From: Clostridia bacterium
GTDB lineage: Bacteria > Bacillota > Clostridia > Christensenellales > UBA1242
Direction of reading: 5' to 3'
DNA: 64,000 nt
Assembly (NCBI GenBank): GCA_045538175.1
Contig: JAZSQZ010000044.1
Coordinates: forward strand, 5,031 to 69,030
Position 1 is the stretch's first letter, and the number at the start of each line of letters is the position of its first letter. This document shows, in pieces, positions 13,876 to 21,905 of the stretch. The notes under the pieces are model-generated. The model saw only the letters and a program-made list of their open reading frames with translations. It was not told where the DNA came from and did not search any database. A program made the position numbers and the translations under genes.

Positions 13876-15792
13876 ATGCAAAAGAACACATTAACTGAAT
13901 TAACACAAAAGGGAAAAGAGTTATTCTCAAAATTGGCAAAGTCCTATGCTTATAATGGTATAGATTTGCTTATGACCGACTTAGTACCACAAAGGGGTGG
14001 TATTTTAAGCGAAGCTGTTGACGAAGGTGCAACAGCATATATCGCTGGTGGAAAAAACGGACAACAATTCTTCAAGAATATCCCACAATTCTCACCAGAC
14101 TTTGATACATTCACAAGAAGAACAAACGACACCGTTGGCGAAATTGTAAGTTGTTTGCCACAAGATTTGGTTAGCGATAAAATCGGTTTGTTTTTGTATG
14201 TTCCTATGGGCGACCGTATGTGGAGTAAGGCTGTTGAAAGTCACACAGGCGCAAAAGTTATCGCAACAAACGAACAAAACTTTAGAAGTTACTTCGAAGA
14301 AAAAACAAACTTAAGCGATATCTTAAGGGCTGCTGGTCTTGAAAAACACATTATTCCTTCAGAAGTTATAAGACACGACAGATCTTTAACAAGTGAAGAA
14401 GCACAAGCATTGTACGAACAATATGCTGATGCCGATGGCAAAATTGTTGTTCAATACTGTGGCGAAGGCTGTACAGAAAAGGGTGGTGGATACAGTACAA
14501 GAGTTATCACAAGTTATGAAGAATTTGAAGGCGTTTGTGCAGAACCTAGAGATAGTTATATGAAAGTTGCAAAATTCATCACAGGTTACAACTCAAACTT
14601 GTCAATTTGCGCAGGAAACTTAGTTCCTGCAACAGGAATGTTGGGTGCTGTTAAAAACAACTTAACCGAAAGAGAAAGCCGTTTCAGTGGCGCAACAATC
14701 TATAGTTTGTTGCATCGTGCAAGGGGTATGGGAATAAACGAAAACAATATTATCGTAAATGTCCAACCAAGCACATTAAAGGTTGTTGGTGCTCCACAAC
14801 TTACATCAATCGAAACAAACGGTGTTGGCAATCAACTTAACTATAATTTCGAACCACAAATTTCAGAAGCAATCTACAATTTAGGCAACAAACTTGGTAC
14901 ACTTATGGCTATGTGTGGTAAAGTTGGCCTTTGTGGTGCTGACTTAATCATCACAAAAGATGGCGAAGTTTATGTTAACGAAATCAACGACAGACAACAA
15001 GGTCCAACCGAAAGTGCTGGTTTAAACAATGAAGCACACGGACTTCCTGCATTACATAGAACTTCATTCTTCCTTAACTTTGGCAACCTTCACAATGCAG
15101 AAATGCAATCATATTTAAGCGAAGTGGGTTCTCGCTCTCGTGAAATCTATGACGAATCATTGCGTATCCCAAGTCCTTTCTATATCAAGTTTATAAGCAA
15201 ATACAGTGGTGTTGCAAAACAAGATGTAAGAGAAGGAAATTACGAATTAGGTCAAGACTTGTTTGGCAGATGGAATTGGAACTTAAGCGAACCTGTCGAA
15301 GGTTTAGACGGTGCATTGCCTGTTGTTGACTTAAGCACAGGAAGCACAGTTGTAAATATCAACACAGTAAGTATGAACCAAGGCGACTTCTTCCCAAAAG
15401 AAACTCAATTGTTAAGAATCAATGGTGTTTCAATGCCAGGCTCTGCACCATTTAGCATAAGCAAAGATGGAAAATCAGTATTGTCAAAAGATTGGGAAGC
15501 ACCTATCGAAGCTTTGTATGAAACTGTATTAGACAGAACTCAAACACAAGCACCTATCGAAAATATGTTGGGTGAAATGGTTGACCTTCCATCAATCGGC
15601 GACACTGTTGTAGAAGAAGAGTCTGTTGAAGAAACTCCTGTAGATACTCAAGTTGACGGTCAAATGGGTATTGTTGGTATGCCAGCAGAAAACAGAGCAT
15701 ACATCAACACAATCAGTGATATGATGGTAAGAAATTCTGTTTCAGCAGATGTAAAAGTTGATACTCAAGATGGTGGACAAGGCACCAACTAA
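13876..15792 (+). CDS. ATP-grasp fold ligase-like protein with uncharacterised N- and C-terminal regions
   Basis: 638 aa, RBS AAGGAGAAA. The central part fits the ATP-grasp pattern: GKIVVQYCGEGCTEKGGGYSTRVI ... YMKVAKFITGYNSNLSI ... GLCGADLIITKDGEVYVNEINDRQQGP (E-x-N Mg site). Acidic C-terminal tail. Confidence 0.6.
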   Translation: MQKNTLTELTQKGKELFSKLAKSYAYNGIDLLMTDLVPQRGGILSEAVDEGATAYIAGGKNGQQFFKNIPQFSPDFDTFTRRTNDTVGEIVSCLPQDLVSDKIGLFLYVPMGDRMWSKAVESHTGAKVIATNEQNFRSYFEEKTNLSDILRAAGLEKHIIPSEVIRHDRSLTSEEAQALYEQYADADGKIVVQYCGEGCTEKGGGYSTRVITSYEEFEGVCAEPRDSYMKVAKFITGYNSNLSICAGNLVPATGMLGAVKNNLTERESRFSGATIYSLLHRARGMGINENNIIVNVQPSTLKVVGAPQLTSIETNGVGNQLNYNFEPQISEAIYNLGNKLGTLMAMCGKVGLCGADLIITKDGEVYVNEINDRQQGPTESAGLNNEAHGLPALHRTSFFLNFGNLHNAEMQSYLSEVGSRSREIYDESLRIPSPFYIKFISKYSGVAKQDVREGNYELGQDLFGRWNWNLSEPVEGLDGALPVVDLSTGSTVVNINTVSMNQGDFFPKETQLLRINGVSMPGSAPFSISKDGKSVLSKDWEAPIEALYETVLDRTQTQAPIENMLGEMVDLPSIGDTVVEEESVEETPVDTQVDGQMGIVGMPAENRAYINTISDMMVRNSVSADVKVDTQDGGQGTN

Positions 15793-15846
15793 TATTATAT
15801 AATTGCTTTTGTTAGTAACTAAAATTTAAAAAATTAGGAGTTAAAT

Positions 15847-16791
15847 ATGAAAGAGTTTAAGAAAGATATCGTAGTTGGTACAGACGTTGTAGGTCATCCA
15901 ATTTACATCACAAAACACACAATCGATAGCGAAAAACCAGGCAAAACTGTATATATCCAAGGTGGTATCCACGGTGGCGAAATCACTCTTCATATGATAA
16001 GGGATATTTACGATTACCTTAAAAAGAATATAAAAGCAGGAAAGGTCTTCTTTGTGCCTTTTGCAAACCCATTTGGCTGGGGTCAAAAATCTTATACCTA
16101 TACCGTTGGTAAGTTCAACAACAAAACAGGCGAAGATTTTAACCGTACATTTGGAAGCAATAGCGAAGGCAACACAAGTGTACAAATTGCAAAAGCAATC
16201 TTAAAAGAATGTGAAGAAGAAAAAATTGATTTTGCTGTTGACCTTCATACAGCACACACAAGTTTTCCACATACAATTTCTTTTAGCGAAGTTGATATGA
16301 AATTTATTAAACTTGCAAACATCGAATACAACCGTCTTTGCTACAACAGTGAAGAATACAAAACAACCCTTAACTATCAACTTACAAAAAGGGGAATCAA
16401 CAATTTCACAATCGAATGTGGCAGTCACGATAGTATCGACAAAGTTTATCAAAAACAAGTTGTCGAAGGCGTACTTAATGTTATTGCAAACCTTGGTATT
16501 TGTGATTTTACACCAACTTTGAAAAGAACAAATCAAGTTTCATTTTCAAAGGCTGTAAGTTACTTTGCTGAAATCGGTGGTATCGTAGAGTTTAACTTTG
16601 ACCTTGGCGAAAGATTCAAAAAAGGTGATGTGTTATACACAATTCACCCAGCAGATTTAGGAAAAGAATCATACAAAAAAGTTGCAGAATTTGATGGTGT
16701 TGTTTTTAGATTTGCAAAAACACATATCTATAATTCTTTTGACGAAGTTATGAGAGTGTTTAAAGACGAACACTTAACCCCTATAAAATAA
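15847..16791 (+). CDS. Succinylglutamate desuccinylase/aspartoacylase (AstE/AspA, M14-like zinc hydrolase) family protein
   Basis: GKTVYIQGGIHGGEITLH (HxxE zinc site), VDLHTAH (second His), and a C-terminal GGIVEFNFDLGERFKKGDVLYTI barrel-like segment. Starts 54 nt after the ATP-grasp gene. Confidence 0.7.
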   Translation: MKEFKKDIVVGTDVVGHPIYITKHTIDSEKPGKTVYIQGGIHGGEITLHMIRDIYDYLKKNIKAGKVFFVPFANPFGWGQKSYTYTVGKFNNKTGEDFNRTFGSNSEGNTSVQIAKAILKECEEEKIDFAVDLHTAHTSFPHTISFSEVDMKFIKLANIEYNRLCYNSEEYKTTLNYQLTKRGINNFTIECGSHDSIDKVYQKQVVEGVLNVIANLGICDFTPTLKRTNQVSFSKAVSYFAEIGGIVEFNFDLGERFKKGDVLYTIHPADLGKESYKKVAEFDGVVFRFAKTHIYNSFDEVMRVFKDEHLTPIK

Positions 16792-16813
16792 ATAAAAACC
16801 TTTTATCAAAAAC

Positions 16814-16847
16814 AAAAAAGATAAGCAGATTCGCTTATCTTTTTTTT
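16814..16847. terminator. Bidirectional intrinsic terminator
   Basis: AAAAAAGATAAGC-AGATTC-GCTTATCTTTTTTTT. Confidence 0.8.
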
Positions 16848-16854
16848 GTTATAT

Positions 16855-19017
16855 TTAGTTTGATACAACTCTTCTATTTAAGTTAGGAGTTATTTCTAAA
16901 GGATTTCCTTGTAGGTCAACAACTTCAACATTTGCCCAATCACTAGCATCGCCTTCGTAGTTGATTATCACATTATGTGCTACATTTCTATTGATAACAA
17001 TTTTTTCTGTTTTATCTTTTGCAACATTTAATGTTGGATATAAGGGTTGAGTGAATGTACTGTTAAGGTCTATAACAATTTCTTTTGTCCTTAAAAATGT
17101 TGCAGAAAATGCTGAGCCGTAATTTGCATATATATCTTCTTCTATCGTTACTTTTTCATTTTCTCCAAAAACAACAATATCTGGTACAGTTGCGTTTGAT
17201 AAAGAAATGTTTTTTACTTTGCCGATATGTAGTGAATTTGTCCCACCCAAAAGAGTAAGGGTTTCGACAGTTTCTGGATTATAAATTTCTAAAGTAGTTA
17301 CAAAACCTGCATATAGGGTTATATTTTTATGTGTGGTTTCTAAATGTACTTTATCGCATCTAAGGTAAAGGTCAAGGTCTTCATTTTCACAACTTGTGCT
17401 ATCATTTTTATAAACGATGCTTGAAACTCTATCGTATGAATAAATTTCTCTTAAGTCTACAAAAGTACCATCTATAAACATAGGGATTACAAGTTCGCCA
17501 TTTTTATTTCCACCAAAGAATGATAGCCAATCGTTACTTGATGGATTGCTAAGTTTTACAACTTTTCCTGCATCTCTTGTATAATATCCACCTGCAAAAG
17601 CGCCTGCAGCATTATAAGAGCTAAAAGCATCAAAAGCAAGGAAGAAATAACAACCAAGGGACGCAATACAAAGCACAAAAGGTATAACCCTATGGAAGTT
17701 AATTCTGTTAACACCATATTTTTTTCTTATTTTTGCACTTATTATTGTAAAAACAATTAGGGCAACAATCAAAATTGGGAATATTGCAAATTCTGGATAA
17801 GTTACAAATCTTGCTTTTGTTATAAGAGAAGTAAGAACCATCGCAAGTGATGACAATATTGCCAAAATTTCAAAGATACAAAGCGTAATAAAACTCTTTT
17901 TGTTTTCCTTGAGTTTTGCCATATTTGCTTTGTATGCCTGTTTTTTCTCTTTTTTGTTTTCGAACTTTTGTCGATAAGATTCTTTTCTTCTTGCAAGATT
18001 TTCGTTAAAGGCTTGTTCTCTTCTAAGTTTTCTTCTTTGATAGATATCAAGTTCTTCTTCAGGCTCGTTTGGTCTAAATGTAGGTGCAGGTTCTTCTTTT
18101 TGACTTCTAGGTTTAATGTATTTTGAAACACCATCTGCAACAGTTATTTCATATCCAAGTTTTGAAGCGTCAACACCTTGGGCATATTTATTGTTGACAG
18201 TTGGCATATCGTTTGGTGACATATCTTTAAATACAGGGATAAAACTCCTTGCACTCAATTCGTCATCAGTTCTTATTCTGTCGATAAACCTTGTCCATTC
18301 ATTTTTAACCCAAACAGAGTTTATATATTCCTTCTTTGTTCCAACAAGAATAAAAATTTCTGAAGTGTTGATTGCCTTAAATATAATTGGTTCATAGTCG
18401 CTTCCAAGTCTAGATTCAAGTGTCTTTTCTGCAAGGAAAACTTTAAAACCATACTTTGTAAGTTGGTCATAAATGTTTCTTGCAATAATACTATCTTCAG
18501 TTCTATCTCCATTAGGGTCGGTTGCCTTGTAGGAAATAAAGACATCAAAATCTTCTTCTTTTTCAAGTTGTTTTGAAATTGCTTGTTGCAACTCTTCAAT
18601 CTTTTTAACTTTGTTTTTTAAAGAATCTTTTTCTTCATCATCACAAAGGGAGAGAAGTGTTTTGTAAGTTTCGTCTTCGTAAATAGAGTTGAAGTGTGTC
18701 CTATGGCAAGTTGGCACAAGGGTGTTTGTCCTTGGGTCTTTTACATACTCAATTCCGTATTTTGCAAGTAGCAAACCTTCGTAGGCCGATTTTTCTCTTT
18801 TATCCTTTGTAATTGCAAATTCATAAGTTTTGATTGCTGCATCAAAGTCATAGTTGGCTCGTTGCAAATATGCTGTATTTAAAAGAGCTATAATTTCTTC
18901 ATTTGGCCTTGGCATAATTACGGTCGAACCACAGTGTGTGCAAACGCCAAGACTTTTGTCTTCAAGTTGTTGTATCTCTGAAGCCCCACAACAACTACAA
19001 GTTATATTGTTACTCAT
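16855..19017 (-). CDS. Zinc-ribbon / TIR-domain / 3-TM / LRR-like ectodomain protein (paralog 1)
   Basis: Start set at MSNNITCSCCG (ATG 19015-19017, RBS GGAGAAAAC) by analogy with paralog 2. Zinc ribbon CSCCG..CTHCG. TIR block DFDVFISYKATD ... SVWVKNEWTRF. Three hydrophobic helices. C-terminal repeat region ending YEGDASDWANVE. Confidence 0.75.
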   Translation of the reverse strand: MSNNITCSCCGASEIQQLEDKSLGVCTHCGSTVIMPRPNEEIIALLNTAYLQRANYDFDAAIKTYEFAITKDKREKSAYEGLLLAKYGIEYVKDPRTNTLVPTCHRTHFNSIYEDETYKTLLSLCDDEEKDSLKNKVKKIEELQQAISKQLEKEEDFDVFISYKATDPNGDRTEDSIIARNIYDQLTKYGFKVFLAEKTLESRLGSDYEPIIFKAINTSEIFILVGTKKEYINSVWVKNEWTRFIDRIRTDDELSARSFIPVFKDMSPNDMPTVNNKYAQGVDASKLGYEITVADGVSKYIKPRSQKEEPAPTFRPNEPEEELDIYQRRKLRREQAFNENLARRKESYRQKFENKKEKKQAYKANMAKLKENKKSFITLCIFEILAILSSLAMVLTSLITKARFVTYPEFAIFPILIVALIVFTIISAKIRKKYGVNRINFHRVIPFVLCIASLGCYFFLAFDAFSSYNAAGAFAGGYYTRDAGKVVKLSNPSSNDWLSFFGGNKNGELVIPMFIDGTFVDLREIYSYDRVSSIVYKNDSTSCENEDLDLYLRCDKVHLETTHKNITLYAGFVTTLEIYNPETVETLTLLGGTNSLHIGKVKNISLSNATVPDIVVFGENEKVTIEEDIYANYGSAFSATFLRTKEIVIDLNSTFTQPLYPTLNVAKDKTEKIVINRNVAHNVIINYEGDASDWANVEVVDLQGNPLEITPNLNRRVVSN

Positions 19018-19216
19018 AAAGTTTTCTCCGTTGTCATTGTAGCAAATTAAATCAATTTTGAAAACAAAAAAGAGAATATTGTTTGTTTTAGGGGGCAAAG
19101 TGTACAAAAAAACTCGAATTTTATCGAAAATTTTCAAATTAGGTCTTGAAATATTTAGTATTTGGGATTAAACTATATACACTTAACCAATTCTTTTTTT
19201 ATTTTAGGGGGTTGAT

Positions 19217-20473
19217 ATGGTAGGAGTTATTATGGCAGGCGGACAAGGCGTTAGACTTCAATCCGTAACAGGGCCATTACCAAAAGCAATGGTAAACATT
19301 AGAAACACAACCGTTGAAAATTTTGGTAAAGCTAAAGATACAATTCTAGAACATCAAATGAGAGTGTTATCCGAAAACGGCGTAACAGATTTTATTCTGG
19401 TCGTGGGTAATAAAAAGGAATATATCCAAGCAGCATTCACAAACGAAATTATTAACCGAAATATCCCAGGAAGAAACATTACAATTAGATACTTTGTAGA
19501 AGACCGTCCACTTGGTACAGCAGGGGCTTTTTGTTCGCGAGAACTTCAAGACATGATACAAGAGGACGATTTTTTATTTACTTATGCAGATGTTTTGTAT
19601 GATGTAAATATTCGCAAAATGTTCGAATTACATAAAAGGGAAAAGGCAGATGCAACTGTCCTTATCTCTCCTTGCTCTGAACCTGACGATAGACCAATTT
19701 GCGTTTGCGAAAAAGGTTCTAACATTATTTCAGGAATTATTCCAAAGCAAGGAAAAACTGATGGCCCAAGGGGTGGCGCATTCCCAAACACTCCTAAAAA
19801 TGGAATTATGATTTTAAACAAGTCTGCACTTAAACTTCTTCCAAGTCAACCAACATACTTAGATATGGAAGAAAGTTTATTAACAAGACTTATATATAGT
19901 GGTGCACACAAAGTTTGTGCTTGGAACACACCATGTTACATTAAAGACATCGGTACAGTTGATAGATATTATGAAGGTGTTTCAGAACTTGCAAGAAATA
20001 TTCCTATGCTTAGAAACCCAGACAAAAATCCACAAAGTTGTGTTATATTTAAAGCAAAAGACTTAATCACTGTTTCACCTGAAGGAATCGCAGTTTTAGA
20101 TACAGAACTTGCAGACGCAATAAAAACACTCAACGATAACGGTATTATCACAGCAGTTTATAGAGACAACCCACAAATCGCTGTTCACCCACAAGAAGAA
20201 TGGCTTATCGATACAATGCTTGTAAGAGATGGCGACGGGGCATTCTTAAACACAAAATTTGGCGAAGACCAAGTTGAAGAGTTTAACGCACAAATGGCAG
20301 AATGGAACGTTGCTCCAGAAAATATTATCCAAGTTGATATGATGCCAAAAGGTTGCTTGCTTTCACATGTGGACGGCACAAGACAAATGTTTGGCGATGC
20401 AGAAACAGCAATCAAAGATTTGTTAGGTACATATTCTATCCAAGACTTCGGTGGACAAGGCGACGACGAATAA
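19217..20473 (+). CDS. Sugar-phosphate nucleotidyltransferase with a C-terminal extension (possibly a degenerate HAD/GmhB-like domain)
   Basis: N-terminus MAGGQGVRLQSVTGPLPKAMV has the NTP_transferase G-x-G-x-R-L signature. The C-terminal ~140 aa have HAD-like spacing (CVIFKAKD ... LNDNGIITAVYRDN) but lack the DxD nucleophile motif. The C-terminal call is low confidence. Confidence 0.65.
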   Translation: MVGVIMAGGQGVRLQSVTGPLPKAMVNIRNTTVENFGKAKDTILEHQMRVLSENGVTDFILVVGNKKEYIQAAFTNEIINRNIPGRNITIRYFVEDRPLGTAGAFCSRELQDMIQEDDFLFTYADVLYDVNIRKMFELHKREKADATVLISPCSEPDDRPICVCEKGSNIISGIIPKQGKTDGPRGGAFPNTPKNGIMILNKSALKLLPSQPTYLDMEESLLTRLIYSGAHKVCAWNTPCYIKDIGTVDRYYEGVSELARNIPMLRNPDKNPQSCVIFKAKDLITVSPEGIAVLDTELADAIKTLNDNGIITAVYRDNPQIAVHPQEEWLIDTMLVRDGDGAFLNTKFGEDQVEEFNAQMAEWNVAPENIIQVDMMPKGCLLSHVDGTRQMFGDAETAIKDLLGTYSIQDFGGQGDDE

Positions 20474-20482
20474 TAAAAAATC

Positions 20483-20519
20483 AAAGCAAGGTAAAATTAC
20501 TTTGCTTTATTTTTTTTTG
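20483..20519 (+). terminator. Weak intrinsic terminator after the nucleotidyltransferase gene
   Basis: AAAGCAA ... TTGCTTT stem with a 12-nt loop followed by T9. Confidence 0.4.
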
Positions 20520-20550
20520 ATTGTATAATTATATAAAAGGAAAATGATTT

Positions 20551-21447
20551 ATGATTGATTTACATATCCACACACAATATTCTGATGGTCTTCCAACCGT
20601 AACAGAAATTTTAAAACTTGCAGAAGAAAGAAAACTTGACTATATCTCAATAACCGACCACGACGCAATCGGGGCATATGAAGAATTGAACAAAATGAAC
20701 ATTAAAGAACACTTTAGTGGAAAAATTATCTACGGGTGCGAGTTGAAGTTTATTTATAATAAAACCCAAATGGAACTTGTAGCACTTGGTTATGATTGGG
20801 AAAAATTAAATAAATCTTATTGGGTGCACGAAGAAAGTTATCACGCAAACAAAAGGGCACTCCTTAAAAATGCTATTGAAAAGGGCAAAAAAGCTGGTTT
20901 TGTTTATGACAATCTTGAATACAAGTCAAATGAAAAGTCAGAAAAAACTTTCTATTTCGAACTTTTAAAACACGAAGAAAATTTGCCTATTTTAGAAAAA
21001 TATAAGGTTAAACACGGTGGCGACTTCTTTAGAAATATTGTTGCAAACCCAGAAAGCCCACTTTATTTTGACCCAACTGATTACACTTTGGGTTTTGAAG
21101 AAGCTGTTGACCTTATTCACGAATGTGGTGGCGTTGCACTTCTTGCACACCCTTTTGGTGTTTATAAAATCGATAATCCAAAAGAAATCATAAACGAATT
21201 GCTTGCAAAAAACAAACTTGATGGTTTGGAATGTTATCATAGCAGTATGACCGAAGAGCACACAGAATATCTATTAAACTTGTGCAAAGAAAAAGGACTT
21301 TTAACTTCAGGTGGAAGTGATTATCACAATTACCCTGGTCAACACTTTGCAAAAGCACATGACGGAAGGACTGATATCCCAACAGAAATTATTTTGCCTA
21401 TCTTAAAAAGAATAGGGGATAGGGGTATCGTTGAAGGTAGTAAGTAA
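20551..21447 (+). CDS. PHP-domain metal-dependent phosphoesterase (TrpH/YciV-like)
   Basis: MIDLHIHTQYSDG ... ISITDHD ... LAHP ... GGSDYH: the PHP His/Asp motif series. Confidence 0.8.
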   Translation: MIDLHIHTQYSDGLPTVTEILKLAEERKLDYISITDHDAIGAYEELNKMNIKEHFSGKIIYGCELKFIYNKTQMELVALGYDWEKLNKSYWVHEESYHANKRALLKNAIEKGKKAGFVYDNLEYKSNEKSEKTFYFELLKHEENLPILEKYKVKHGGDFFRNIVANPESPLYFDPTDYTLGFEEAVDLIHECGGVALLAHPFGVYKIDNPKEIINELLAKNKLDGLECYHSSMTEEHTEYLLNLCKEKGLLTSGGSDYHNYPGQHFAKAHDGRTDIPTEIILPILKRIGDRGIVEGSK

Positions 21448-21894
21448 ATGAAGATTTGTATGTTAAGCGACAGTCACGGAAGAAAAAAATCAGTTTTTAC
21501 ACTTTTGTATGAAACTGATTATGATTATATCTTTTACCTTGGTGACGGACTTAAAGATATGGAAGATTTCGATGCTAAAAATGTTTTAAAGGTTTGTGGA
21601 AATTGTGACATATTTGAAGTTGCCCCTATAACACAACTTATCGAAATCGAAGGTGTTAAGTTTTTGTTAACACACGGACACGAGTTTAAGGCAAAGTACT
21701 CAGAATATGGCCTTGTAAAAGTGGCACACGAAAGGGGTGCAAATGTTGTTTGTTTTGGGCACACACATAAGCAAAGATATGACGAAGTTGATGGCATAAC
21801 TTTACTCAATGCAGGTGCTTTTAAAAATGGCGATTATGCTGAAATTATAGTTAAAAATGGCAAAATCGAAAAAGTAGATTTTAAAGAAATCTAA
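21448..21894 (+). CDS. YfcE/MJ0936-family metallophosphoesterase
   Basis: LSDSHG ... GDG ... THGH ... GHTH motifs. Its ATG directly abuts the PHP stop codon (TAAATG). Confidence 0.85.
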   Translation: MKICMLSDSHGRKKSVFTLLYETDYDYIFYLGDGLKDMEDFDAKNVLKVCGNCDIFEVAPITQLIEIEGVKFLLTHGHEFKAKYSEYGLVKVAHERGANVVCFGHTHKQRYDEVDGITLLNAGAFKNGDYAEIIVKNGKIEKVDFKEI

Positions 21895-21905
21895 AAGGAA
21901 AAACT

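Noticed and set aside
17820-18599. Same-strand alternative-frame ORFs (17820-18140, 18321-18599) within TIR paralog 1
   Set aside because: The products are Lys-rich and low-complexity, arising from the K/E-rich linker coding region read out of frame. The main frame is supported by the conserved paralog.
19018-19137. N-terminal extensions of track ORFs. Examples: TIR paralog 1 to 19137, pnuC from 11004, ispH to 12921, spoIIE from 32812, ppa from 44812, thyX from 54802, ADH from 59250.
   Set aside because: The extensions lack RBSs and overlap promoters or terminators. Internal ATGs with good Shine-Dalgarno sequences match the expected protein N-termini, or the paralog in the TIR case.
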